Source: Mustelus asterias
Lineage: Eukaryota
DNA: 64,000 nucleotides
Assembly: GCF_964213995.1 (NCBI RefSeq)
Contig: NC_135809.1
Coordinates: forward strand, 32,736,001-32,800,000
Direction: 5' to 3'
In this document: one piece after another, positions 11,611 through 23,329 of the stretch
How the letters are laid out: every line of letters begins with the position of its first letter
How positions within the stretch are numbered: the stretch's first letter is position 1
Program-made: the position numbers and the translations under genes
Notes under the pieces: generated by a model
Databases searched by the model: none
The model's input: the letters and a program-made list of their open reading frames with translations, nothing else
Told to the model about the DNA's origin: nothing

Positions 11611-12592
11611 ATACATCATTCGTCATTTCTTATCCATCCCCATTTGATAGCTCAAACTGAGATAATTGTCGTTATCATTGTTAACGGTATTTGTTAACGT
11701 TGGCAACACCCTAGAATGTCACTGGCTTGTCCAAGTAATCTTACAGGGAGCCCAGAAAGAGAAACAAATGATCGCATTGTGACGAGTGGTTTTGTTGTGA
11801 CCTATCATTCACATGCACATCCATCCATAGACTATCTTAGAATTTTGAAGATTGAAACTGGACAGTAAATTGTACGGAGAACGTAAAATTAATATTAGAT
11901 TGCAACGATCAACTGGGTACATCATTAAAGTGGGACAAGCAGAGAGTGGTGTGCTCCTTAGTTCTTTCCATTATCATATTCAAGCACTGGGGCGCTCCAA
12001 AAGTCACAGTCAGAAAAGACAGGAGTGGCAGAAAGTTTGCAAGACAAGGACCACCCATTTGAAAAGTAAAAAGTACATAATTTACATGATGAACATAAAG
12101 GATCTTGTAAACAAATGTATATGATTATGATCACATTTTAAAAGGTATTTCTTTCAGTAGACTCCATTTTCATGATGTTATAATTGAATTGATTTACTAA
12201 ACACACCCAAAAGCATATTTACATTATTCACTGCCTTATATTTTGATTCATCAGCATGGGGCACAACCTGCAGCAATATTTGCAAATTTACCCAGCCTTG
12301 AATTCACATACATGAAAGTAGAATTCGTATTTCTGTGATACTGACTTAAAAATTCAATGTTTTACAAATACAAATGTGTTCATTAACTATTTACCAACCC
12401 TAATGCTGGACCATAACATGCAGAAGACACTTGAATGAACAAGTTTAGAATTATCTATTTAAACATAGTCTTAATATGAATCTATGAGACTGTTACCCAT
12501 TAACATTAGCGGCAGTTCAGGAATAAACTTCACAATACAACATACATAAACCAGTAATGTAGCAAACATATTTTATTTTCTCTTTAATAAAG

Positions 12593-12785
12593 GTTTCCAC
12601 TGCAAAACAAGGAAAGACTTCACAAATGGATCAAAAATATGAAACGGGATAACTGGTTCCCTACTAAGCATCAATGCATTTGTAGTGACCATTTTACTGC
12701 AGATTCATTTGAATGGCGCTGGGGTATCCGTTATTTGAAGCGACATGCTATACCAACCGTTTTCTCATTTCCAAATCATCAACAG
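12593..12785 (+). CDS. THAP5: THAP5 exon 2 (rest of THAP domain)
   Basis: AG at 12591-92. Reads FPLQNKERLHKWIKNMKRDNWFPTKHQCICSDHFTADSFEWRWGIRYLKRHAIPTVFSFPNHQQ (CSDHF, AVPTIF-like box); donor CAG|GTAAGA; 193 nt. Confidence 0.97.
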
Positions 12786-12874
12786 GTAAGATTAAACCTT
12801 ATTTCATAATAGGTTTGAGGACATTGTATTGAATAAATTTTAACAAATCAAAACCCCAAAACTTTATCTTTCAG

Positions 12875-13429
12875 AAGAAGAAACTGTGTTCTCGATATAT
12901 TCGTAGGAAAGATATTTTGCCTAAAGGAACATCAGAAACAAATCTGGAAATATTTGATCCTGTCGCAACAGATGAAATAACAACTAGTGAAAGATTAGAA
13001 TCATCGCTTCCTAATGCAGAGTGTGATGAGCAATCCCAAAGGAATTTAGAAGGTAACATCGCTCTATCACAGTCTGCTGGAAATCCAGAGCACGTTTTTC
13101 AAGACACATCAGCTGAGCCCTTCACAGTAATAAAAGAGCTCGAAATGAACCAATTATTGAATGATCAACAGTCCATAGTCACTGAAGTTCTGCAAGTTGA
13201 ACATTCATATTGTAGACAGGATACTGGCAAGGCCCAGCTTTGGGAAAAGATTTTCAGGTTGCAGAAGAAGATTAAAAAACTGCAGCAACAAGAACAGGGG
13301 ACTGCAGCAAAGCTAAAGAGAATGGAAAACCTGATTGAGCAGCTGAAAAAAGAGAATCTTACTTCCGAAGTGAAAACGAAGGTTATGGAAAACTGTTTCA
13401 CAGCATTCGAGTTAACTCTGTTACAATAA
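12875..13429 (+). CDS. THAP5: THAP5 exon 3 (acidic linker, HCF-1-binding motif EHSY, C-terminal coiled coil)
   Basis: Acceptor tttcAG at 12874 after an 89-nt intron; in frame with ORF 12917-13429. EHSY is followed by heptads LWEKIFRLQKKIKKLQQQE. Total CDS 834 nt = 277 aa. Confidence 0.93.
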   Translation, partial: KKKLCSRYIRRKDILPKGTSETNLEIFDPVATDEITTSERLESSLPNAECDEQSQRNLEGNIALSQSAGNPEHVFQDTSAEPFTVIKELEMNQLLNDQQSIVTEVLQVEHSYCRQDTGKAQLWEKIFRLQKKIKKLQQQEQGTAAKLKRMENLIEQLKKENLTSEVKTKVMENCFTAFELTLLQ

Positions 13430-13677
13430 ATGTAGTAATTGATTCTATTAAAGTAAAAATCTTATCACAGCAATTGCGTACTGCTGAACAGCAAAAACCT
13501 TCCTTGAAAATGTAGTACCTTTCATAGTCTTTAACATCTTCCTGAAACTTGTTATTGTTTAGATTACAGAGCATTGTTCAATAAGGAATTTGATTTGCAG
13601 AAATATTCACAGGTATTAACTAGTAACTAATACAATGCTGACAAAACTTTAATCTTCATGCAGTCCTTCTTGATTTT

Positions 13678-14400
13678 GTTATGATCCTGTTAGGGACTGT
13701 TAATGTTTAAAGACGAAATCCAAACACCCAGCAATTAACCAACAGAACTACAACACAAGGGCTCATATAGTACAAAATTTTATACATCTCTCCCTGTCCT
13801 GAGCTCCAAAGAGGAGTCATATGTACTTGAAATGTTAACTCTGTTTTTCTCTCCACAGACGCTGCCTGACCTACTGAGCTTTTCCAGTATTTTCTATTTT
13901 ACAGCACAAGATTTCATGCTTTAAACACAAAAAACTTAACTGTATATCAACAATAATTAAAGAAGGAAATCCCACTGACTTAATGCTATAGCTTATAAAG
14001 ACTTAAGCTACAAACTCAGTTCTACTTTTTTAAATTCCCCTCCCCCCCACCAATAGTTCCCATATTTCTCAAAATCTTGAAGGTTCATGCACTTTTCCTG
14101 GGACCAACCCGAAAGGTATGTCACAGCTCTCTGGAATTCACTCTGATTTCTCTTCAGTGTTCCAGCTGTTCTCCAGGGTACAAGATAGAATAAGGATCCT
14201 TACATTAGCTTATTGCCAAATTCTTGACTCTAATTTCCAGACATCAAGCACTATCCGCCCTGAACTCCTGCTCAGTGGCTTAGAACATCAGAAAACGCCC
14301 TTGGTTTCCATTGGTCCACTAGTATAGTTCCTTTATTTATTTTCTTCTCCTATTCACAGCCTATGTAGGTCTGGGAGTTAGCTATTTGTTAAAACTTTTC
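13678..14400. mobile_element. Dispersed repeat, possibly solo LTR (second copy at about 51087-51400), with a Penelope-type fragment inserted at about 13800-13900
   Basis: Shared blocks ttagggactgttaa..gaaatccaaac and aaaggtatg(t/c)cacagc..gatttctc(t/c)tcagtgtt; starts with TGT. Confidence 0.5.
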
Positions 14401-14449
14401 TTCAGCTAAGTATCAAAAAGGCCAGTGATTTTTTGGTATTGCCTGACTT

Positions 14450-14662
14450 CACTCCTCTGTCCTGGTAAATATTTAACTGTCAAGCAACTCCAGCAAAACA
14501 GACATCTGGTCACTTATCTGATTGCTCTTTGTGGGACAATTCCGCTGCTGCAGTTCATGAATTACAATGATATATATGTTTCAAAACTATTTCATCAGCT
14601 GTAAAGCGCTTTGGAAGGTCCTGAGTTTGTAAAAGGCATTGAATGAATGCAAGTCTTTCTTC
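14450..14662 (+). mobile_element. SacSINE1/DeuSINE-like 3' fragment
   Basis: tctggtcacttatctgattgctctttgtggga...tgtaaagcgctttggaaggtcctgag...aaggc...atgcaagtctttc; aligns by eye to 59918-60310. Confidence 0.7.
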
Positions 14663-14999
14663 TGTCTTGTAACTAACTCTGTTCTGTTCCCTCCATCCAT
14701 CTATCCCTTGTGCTGGTTAGGTTTCTCAGGCTGAACTAGACCATGTAAACCATAGAATCCCTACAATGCAGAAAGAGCCCATTCGTCCTGGGCATTCTTT
14801 TCAATCTAATGCTGAGCTTCAAGCCCAACCTCCTGCCTGTTTACTAAGACTTAATTTCCATCTCAAAATAATGCCTGCAGCTTCTCAGATCATCCCCATT
14901 ACTCTTGAACCCTCATCACACTTTTATCACCTCGCCCTTATGTACAATTTCTCCATCATCATCTTTATCGGCCTGTCATCCTAGTAAACTTTAAACCCT

Positions 15000-15102
15000 G
15001 CTGGTGAAAGGTCATCCACCTGAAATGTTAACTCTGTTTCTCTCTCCTTAGTTGCTGCCAGACCTGCTGCCTATTTCCAACATTTTCTGTGCTTATTTCA
15101 AA
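15000..15102 (+). mobile_element. Penelope-type fragment with decayed hammerhead
   Basis: ctggtgaaaggtcatccacctgaaatgttaactct...gctgccagacctgctg...cattttctg; same family as 38848-38990. Confidence 0.6.
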
Positions 15103-15944
15103 TCCTGCTAGTGTCACAGTGTCCGGCAGAAGTCCCATCCATCATTTGCACTTCAGATCTAGTGAATATATGGTTCTTGTCTTCAGCATTCTCCATGACT
15201 TTAGCCCAGTATATTATTTGCAACTTCCTTCAGTTTATAACTTCACCACAGCGAGTTGTCCATTCTTCCACTTGCCTATTGTTTCCTTTCCTGTAAAACA
15301 CCTTGGGATATTTGCTGTGTAAACAATCCTGTATAAATGCAGCTTATAGCTTTAATGGAGTACTTCCATTGTGTCTCCATAGGATTTTACCCTTCCTATC
15401 TTCAGCCGGACAGAGCAAGGGAAATTAAAAGAAAAATCACAGTCCAGAAAGACATAAGATCACAAAAGTGAGAGGTCAGGAGACTCTTGTCGAAAGCATA
15501 AAAGCTGTTAGGGTTGGTCACACTACAATTAATTATTGACATTAGTGTGCTGAGCGGTTATTGAGCTGCCATGCTGTAGGATGAAAACTCAACAATAAAC
15601 TGGACAAAACTTATACAATGCCTACAAAAGTAATGAATTCCCCTTCTAAGTTTGTTTTAGGAGTTACAATGCTGAATTATGAATCTAATATTGTGTGCAT
15701 CAATTACATTGTCCAAAAACTGATAAACTACCAAACTTTTAATGCTGTAAAAGATTACCTGAAAGTTCTATAAATGGTTTAGTTAGATGGTTGAAAGTGT
15801 TTTTAATAATGAACAATGATCTACTTTCTGATCCATTATTACATATGCCCTTTGTATAATGCGTGTTAGATTCTGAATTTCCTTATCATTCAGAATTGTA
15901 AATGTTAAAAAGATATTTCTTTCAATCATGTAACAATTGACTTT

Positions 15945-17375
15945 CTGGTACCACTCTTGCCTCTCAATCAGGTTGCGGGTTCAAGCCCCATTTCAGAGAC
16001 TTGAACACTTAATCTAGGCTGGCACTTCAGTGCAGTACTGATGCATTTTTTTTGGATGAAATATTAAGCCGAGATTCTGTCTACTCTCTCAGGTGGGCGT
16101 AAAAGATTTTGTGATACTGTATTAGAACCTCTCCAGTCTGGAAATCTATTGCTCTGAAACACCAGTTGCCCAGAAATGTTTTGAGCAGATCCAAGCAGCT
16201 AATGGACTCGCCACTCAACTGTTCTGACACTGCATCAAATTGAGAAGGCATACCTGATCTATGGAAGCACAGGACATTTTGAGCTGAGTAGCTTTGCGGC
16301 AGTCAACACATTCCCCCATAGCTTACCATTTTCTACTTTCAGTCCATTTGCAGCAGTGCTTTTGAGCAGACCACAGCACTCCCAGGTATAGTTTGTTTTT
16401 TAAACCTGACCAAAGCATCTAAGAAAAGTGTAGCAAAATGTAAGCATGTTACACTTACAATATTGGAAAAGGTGGAAATCATAAGGACGATAAGGAGATT
16501 ACCATGGAGGAGGCATAAATCTGGCCTCCCGCTTCATTCGCGTTTTTGAGCAACAAAGTTTGATAAGCTAGCAAGATGTAATGGATGTGCACAGGGTCCA
16601 AGAGAAATTAATAAAGGAATGACCAAAACACATGAAACAAATGCTGTTGCAGCAAATGTTTGATGAAGTTGGAAAATGCTCTGCATGCACGCCATCAGCA
16701 TCACCCAGCCCAATCCCATCAAACGCACGGGACCCAGAACTAGCTGCTCTCAATTCCAACTACTGGTGAAATAAAGCAGTGTTTGGAATGACCTGTTCCC
16801 TCGACATCATTGACATTATTTTGGTACAACACTTTTGGGAGTGGAAACATGGAATATACTATATTTGTACAAGTAAATCCATTTCTAATCACAGTTCTAT
16901 AATGTTTTATCGCTGTTTATATATGTTTCAGGTAAATATTTATATCTACGGTGTTTTCCAGTTCGCACAATTATAGTTAGGTATTCTAATGCCATTCTAT
17001 AATCCAGAAAATTCCGAAACCCAGAAGTGACTTAGTCCCAAGCATTCTGGACTGGAGAGTTTATTAGAAGTTCTCGCTGTGTTCTGGCCAACTTCTGTTT
17101 GCGATAAATCGTCAACCAACGTTATTTGGTCATTTCATAGAATCCCTACAGTGCAGAAGGAGACCATTCGGCCCGTCGAGTCTGCACTGACCACAATCCC
17201 ACCCAGACCCTATCCCCATTTAATGTCGGTGGTCAGTTGTACGACTTGCTGAACGCAGATTGGCTGCCACATTTCCATACAAGACAATGGCTACACTTCC
17301 AAAATATTTAATTGACTGTGAAACACTTTGGGATATGCCCAGATTATGGAAGTGCGATCCACATGCAAGTTTGTT
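15945..17375 (+). mobile_element. SacSINE1/DeuSINE-like SINE split by a Tigger element and an HE1 tail fragment
   Basis: Head gggttcaagcccca..agagacttgaacac..tctaggctggcacttcagtgcagtactga to 16117; resumes at about 17063 and ends ...atgcaagttt. Confidence 0.7.
16118..17062 (+). mobile_element. Internally deleted Tigger/pogo-like DNA transposon
   Basis: Imperfect TIRs aacctctccagtctggaaa / attctggactggagagttt. Transposase N-terminal HTH remnant KCKHVTLTILEKVEIIR at about 16436-16487. Confidence 0.75.
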
Positions 17376-17437
17376 ACGTCACAATAATATTAGATTTTAT
17401 TGTTCTGCAGAAACAATCTCAGCTGGACTTTTATTAA

Positions 17438-17769
17438 TCATAGAAATCATAGAAACCCTACAGTGCAGAAGGAGGCCATTCGGCCCATCGAGTCTGCACC
17501 GACCACAATCCCACCCAGGCCCTACCCCCCACATATTTACCCGCTAATCCCTCTAACCTACGCATCTCAGGGGCAATTTTAACCTGGCCAATCAACCTAA
17601 CCCGCACATCTTTGGACTGTGGGAGGAAACCAGAGCACCCGGAGGAAACCCACGCAAACACGAGGAGAATGTGCAAACTCCACACAGACAGTGACCCGAG
17701 CCGGGAATCGAACCCGGGACCCTGGAGCTGTGAAGCAGCAGTGCTAACCACTGTGCTACCGTGCCGCCC
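17438..17769 (-). mobile_element. HE1/V-SINE, full-length young copy (tail type A)
   Basis: Head gggcggcacggtagcacagtggttagc, CR1-like tail ...aatggcctccttctgcactgtagggtttctatgatttctatga. Nearly identical to 35513-35852. Confidence 0.95.
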
Positions 17770-19410
17770 AAGACCAAGGTATGTATGCAGCAATGTAAAT
17801 AAAAGGCTAATTTATGGTTAGGATGATGGAACCACAATGTTATCATATTTGATGCCATTTAAACCCCTGGTTATTGCATTATTTTACATTCAATCAGAAA
17901 ATCATTTTGTTGGTTTCATATAATAGGTTCAAAGAATATGACCGTGACGGTATGCAGTCATATTTAATGTGGAATTAGTCTATATGAGTTCCTGACCATG
18001 TGAACAACAATGATGCAACAGTAGAAATGTCTGCTTTTCTGACTTAATATCTGTAAATTCTTATAAGGAATGTAAAATGAGGTTGAGAGACACCAGGACC
18101 TTTTCAAAAATGAAAAGTACTAAGCACAGAAAAAATTTCATCTGAATATCTGAAAATGATGGACCATATTTGCCAACTAGCTATTATTAATAGAATTATG
18201 CTACAAGTAGAGGAGGGATGAATAGACTGACAAGTAAGGAGCTTGACGTGGGCAAAAGCTATCATCTATGGATTACAAGCAATGAATCTGACCATAGCAA
18301 TCAAATGATATAAATGTGTACTTATATAACCGTAATTCCTTTTATAGTTAGATATTCAATTTCTTCTAACTGCTTATGAAAACAAATTCACCTACACGAT
18401 ATTTAACATCTTCAGTGAGAATCCATTCTCTATCCTTACAATATTGCATAATAAAATGTTTTAATTTCTAGTACCTAACAAGCTGACAATTTGTTTATTT
18501 AATACACATCTTTATGCTTACGATTTTGATTCTCTATGTTCAGCTTGTCCTTAAATTGTCCCAGATCAGAGGGGAAAGAAACTGAATGAGGGAAGCAGAT
18601 TTCACAATTCTACATTTGTGCCATTCATGAGCAGCCTTTGAAAAGAATCTGTCTATCTGTATTGCCAAATATTTCAATGGATGATGAGAAATAAAATAAA
18701 AACAGCTTCTCACTTCCTTGTACTCAACTAACTCTTTGAGAATGGCTTTCTCTTTCCTCAAATCCCCAGGAGTATTTGCCATGACGCACAAAAGAAAACG
18801 CCCACCATTAAAAATGCACAGAAGCAACCCCGGATTCCTACGTAAGACTCAATATTAAAGGTTAATACTTAGTTGAGTTTCACATTGTTGAACTAAGCTT
18901 TCAATGATCAAATGTATTGACTTCCTTAGACTGCTATTATTTTGTCAAGGACTTTTTGTTTCTGAAAAAACGGGTTAAAGTTTGATCTGATAATGTGCAA
19001 GGTTAAATTCTAGAGATTTGCTTTCTTATTGGATCAAAAACCTTACAAATAAAATAACAGGAATGGGTATATTGGTGGCAGAGATCCAAAACCATAATTG
19101 GGAATGATAAGTTTAAAATGTATTTATAATTATTACAATTTGATAAAGAAATGTTTACCTTAAATATAAAATGTTTTCAAAAATTAACTTTTGTCAAAAA
19201 CATTTGGTCCAACATAGTCAATAAGTATTTCGTCGATAATGTACAAAGTGTAAATAAATGTGCAGAGAAAGTTTCAGAACTGCATCTAATTGTAATTTTT
19301 TTACTGTATTAGATGATCAACTATCTTTACTACAACAATGTTAACTTGCTTTACAAAAGGATGATTATGTTATGGCACATTACTAGATTTCCCAACCAGA
19401 GAAATAACCT

Positions 19411-19737
19411 AGAATCATAGAATCCCTACAGTGCAGAAGGACACCATTCAGCCCATCGAGTCTGCACCGACCACGATCCCACCCATGCCTTATTCCCGTA
19501 ACGCCACGTATTTACTCTGTCAATTTAGCTTGGCCAATTAAACTAACCCACAAATTTTTGGACTATGGGAGGAAGCCAGAGCATCCGGAGAAAATCTGTG
19601 CAGCCATGGGGAGAACGTTCAAACTCTACACGGGCAGTGACCCGAAACCGGAATTGAACCCGGGTCCCTGGCACTGTGAGGCATCAGTCGCTAGGCGCTG
19701 TGAGGCAGCAATGCTAACCACTGTGCCACCATGCCCC
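19411..19737 (-). mobile_element. HE1/V-SINE (tail A)
   Basis: Same head, core and tail as the 17438 copy, more diverged. Confidence 0.9.
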
Positions 19738-22219
19738 CACCTCTCACTATCTTGTCAAGCCCCTTCAGAATCTATGGACATTTCAATGAGATCAGCTCCC
19801 ATCCTAAACTCCAGAAAACATAGGCTCTATTTACTCAACCACATTCCAGAGGATCTTTTACTATGTGATTACTAATTAATGCTGCCTCATTGCACAATTC
19901 TAGATCTAAAAGTAGCTTCATCCCTAGTCGGTCCCGCAATTTATTGTTCCAGGAGACTGTCACATTCCACAAACTCATTTTCTAGACTATTTTCACCTAG
20001 TTGATTTGCCCAGTTAGATTAAGATTAAAGTCCCCACAATTATTACACTATCTTTGTTACAAGCTCCAATTATTTCTTGCTTAATTTTCTGCCCAACAGT
20101 ATAACTATTGTTACGGGGCCTTTAAACTACTCCCAGTGGCATTTTCTGACTTTTTGTTAATCCTAAATCCACCAATTCTACTTCTTGATCTTCTGAAGCA
20201 AGATCTTTCCTCATTAATCTCTTTGTCATCCTTTTCTATAAAGGCTTCTGCAGATCTCCAGATTCTTTGCCATTCTGTCTGTCTTTTCAAAATGAAGGAC
20301 TATTTATTTTAAAACATTGGTAACCTTGCAACTATGTCTCTGTAATAGCAATTGGATTAAACCACTTATCTCTATTTGATTGCAAATTCCTTGTGCATTC
20401 AGATCAAGAGCCTTTAATTTTTAAACTACTGTCCTTTGCATGAACCCTGGTGTATTATTACCATTAAACTATCTGTCCTTTACCACTCTGCTTGGCTTTA
20501 TCCAAATCACTACATTACTCTATAGCCTCGACTTTTCTATTTAGATTTCCAAATCTCTTTATCTGATCTCTCCCCTACCCTTCCCTTCCCCTCCCTCTTT
20601 TAGTTTAAAAGCTCTATCCGCAGCCCTAGTTATATGATTTACCAGAACACTTATTCCAGCTTGATTTAAGTGGAGCCCTTTCCAAGAGTTCCCTTATATC
20701 CTTACCTAAAATTTGGAGAGCTATGAATGCAGCTTGTCAGTAGAATAGAACTATGGCTAAACCTGACTTTTACGAGTTGATGAGATCTCCCAGATTCTTG
20801 CAAATACACAACTGAAATTGTGCATTTTTTTTTTAGAAATGGGCTAATTCTCTTAAAGTGCCATAATTTAATCCTGAGACACACTGCAATTGGGACAATG
20901 TTAATCTCCTATGAAAATTGTTGATTGTTGACCCCACAAAAAAAACTCCCAATCTTCAATCTACCCCTGGAACAATGGTCCACGTTGCATGATGGGTCAC
21001 ATGGCAGATCTGGTCATTTCTTACAACTCTGAAATATGCTATTTGGTTATGGACACCAATTGCCATCAATGGGCCAAATTGTAAATCAGTGTCTGCTTCA
21101 ATCGTTTGCTGCTGCCATCTCAATCTTACACCAAGGGACTTTCAAAGCTACTCATCAGTTTATGACTACATACCAAGATAATTAAAAGTTTGCCAGTCAC
21201 CTCTCATGTTTTCTCAGAACTGACATATGAGGTCATTTGCTATTCAGTTCCTCTGTATAAAACGCAACACAGAAATTTCTGAAATGTCAACAAACCTGAT
21301 TCGACCATTGACATTCAAGGAGCATATAAGCATCACGCCCTGTACTAAAATAAGATGAGATCAGATTCATACCTTTAGCTAACAAGTAACTAAATTATCC
21401 ATCATTTGTTATTAGCTGCAGATTCTTGATGAATTTTTTAATCTAAGAACCAAACTAAAGGCATCAAACATAACTTAAATACCTTGAAGCCAAAAATATG
21501 TCACAATGACTAATGATTACTCAACAGGAATGATAATATCATAAATGCTTCAATGAGTTTATAAGCGAACAACTGAATCTTACCATTTAGATTAGTAAAA
21601 AGAAAAAAGACTACAAATGATGTCAATCAAATACAAATTGGAGATGATGAAAATAGTAAACAGGTCATGTGGCTGTGAACAAAGATCACTGATTGATGAC
21701 TGGTTACCCACCCCAAATACCTCTAAACTCTTCTGTCTCTTTGGAGGTGTTGGCTGATCTAACATGTATATCCAGCATTTCTGTTTCAATCAAGGAAGGC
21801 TCCAAGTTCAATTCCTGGTTGGCGTTGAGTTAATTCATTTCCAAACTGGGTAGTGGTGGAGTCACTACTAATTGGTATCAGTGCAGCTGGTCCAGCAATG
21901 GGAATAAAATCGACCTGCTATCCAGTAAATTAGATGAAGTACTGAAGGTCACTCTTGGAAAAGTTATGAAGAATTGTGAACTTGTGAAAAGCTGAGAGCA
22001 GAGATGGAGAAAAGTTTAATGACTGTAAGAATAACCCTGGTGATATATCCCATTATGTCCAGTGAAAACAAAATACTGTCTTTAAAATGATTTTTTGAAA
22101 GAATAATCCAAAGCAACCTTCCATAGTTTTAAAGGCACATTAATAATCATGTCATATCATGTGTGCTCTGCTCAAGGGCAGTTCCTTTTCTCGTTGCTTC
22201 CTTTTCTTTTAATTTGTTA

Positions 22220-22552
22220 TGGGATGTGGGTGTTGTTGGCTGGGCCGGCATTTATTTCCCATTCCCAAGGGTATTTAAGAGTCAACCACATTGCTGTTGG
22301 TCTGGAGTCACATGTAGGTCAGACCAGGTAAGGATGGCAGATTTCCTTCCCTAAACGACATTAGTGAACTAGGTGGGTTTTTCTGACGATTGACAATGGT
22401 TTCATGGTCATCATTAAACTTTTAATTTCTGATTTGTACTGAATTCAAATTTCACCATCTGCCATGGTGGGATTTGTACCCGGGACCCAGAGCATTGCCC
22501 TGGACTCTGGATTACTAGTCTAGCGACAGTACCACGACACCACTGCCTCCCC
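22220..22552 (-). mobile_element. Second tRNA-derived SINE family
   Basis: Head ggggaggcagtggtgtcgtggta..gactagtaatccagag..caaatcccaccatggcag; 3' tail matches the LINE end at about 47320-47395. Confidence 0.8.
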
Positions 22553-23018
22553 AACCTGGAGCATTTTCATGGCCATTTTGTCAGTGGCGGTTTGCCATTG
22601 CCTTCCATTCAGGGGCAGGTTGCAAATCTACCTCAACCAGAGCGGGAATTGAACCCACTGTTATTCTGAACCACATACTAGCCATCCAAGCTAAACAGCC
22701 CCCACCATTAATGATAGACCTTAGGAAAGTATGTCTGTCTTTGGCTTGTAGTACCACATTGTAGCCACAAAAGGGCATAAAAGCAACGTTATTTGTCAGT
22801 TAAATGAAAACTTAAGTTGATGTTTATTGTCGATTTTGTATAACATATTTCTTCTTAAGCAAAGGAGCAATATCAAAAATACAACAAAATACTATAATAA
22901 CAAAAATTGTAATCTTGAAAGAATCTATGGAAAGGAGGATGCCATCAAGTGAAGTGAACATACACGCATAAAATTATACATATTACAGTGCAATCGCAAT
23001 TACAGGTCCAGTAGCTCT

Positions 23019-23329
23019 AATCATGGAATTCCTACAGCGCAGAAGGAGGCCATTCAGTCCATTAAGCCTGCACCAACCACAATCCCACCCAGGCCCTATC
23101 CTCGTAATCCCTCATATTTACTCTTATTAATCCCCCTGAGACTAAGGGGTAATTTAGTATAGCCAATCCACTTAACACACACATCTTTGGTCGGAAACCG
23201 GAGAACCCGGAGGAAATCCACGAAGATGAGGGGAGAACGTGCAAACTCCACTCAGACAGTCACCCGAGGCTCGAATTGAACCCAGGTTCCTGGCACTATG
23301 AGGCAACAGTGCTAACCACCGTGCCACCC
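23019..23329 (-). mobile_element. HE1/V-SINE (tail A)
   Basis: Same motifs as the 17438 copy. Confidence 0.9.

Noticed and set aside
13800-13840. Hammerhead-like remnants here, at 15001-15032 and at 38918-38953
   Set aside because: The CUGANGA box or stem III is mutated or missing, so these are not called functional ribozymes.
21370-21600. Further minus-strand donor/acceptor-like sites
   Set aside because: The best-bounded segment has stops in all three frames and cannot be added to the coding model; sites are weak in AT-rich DNA.
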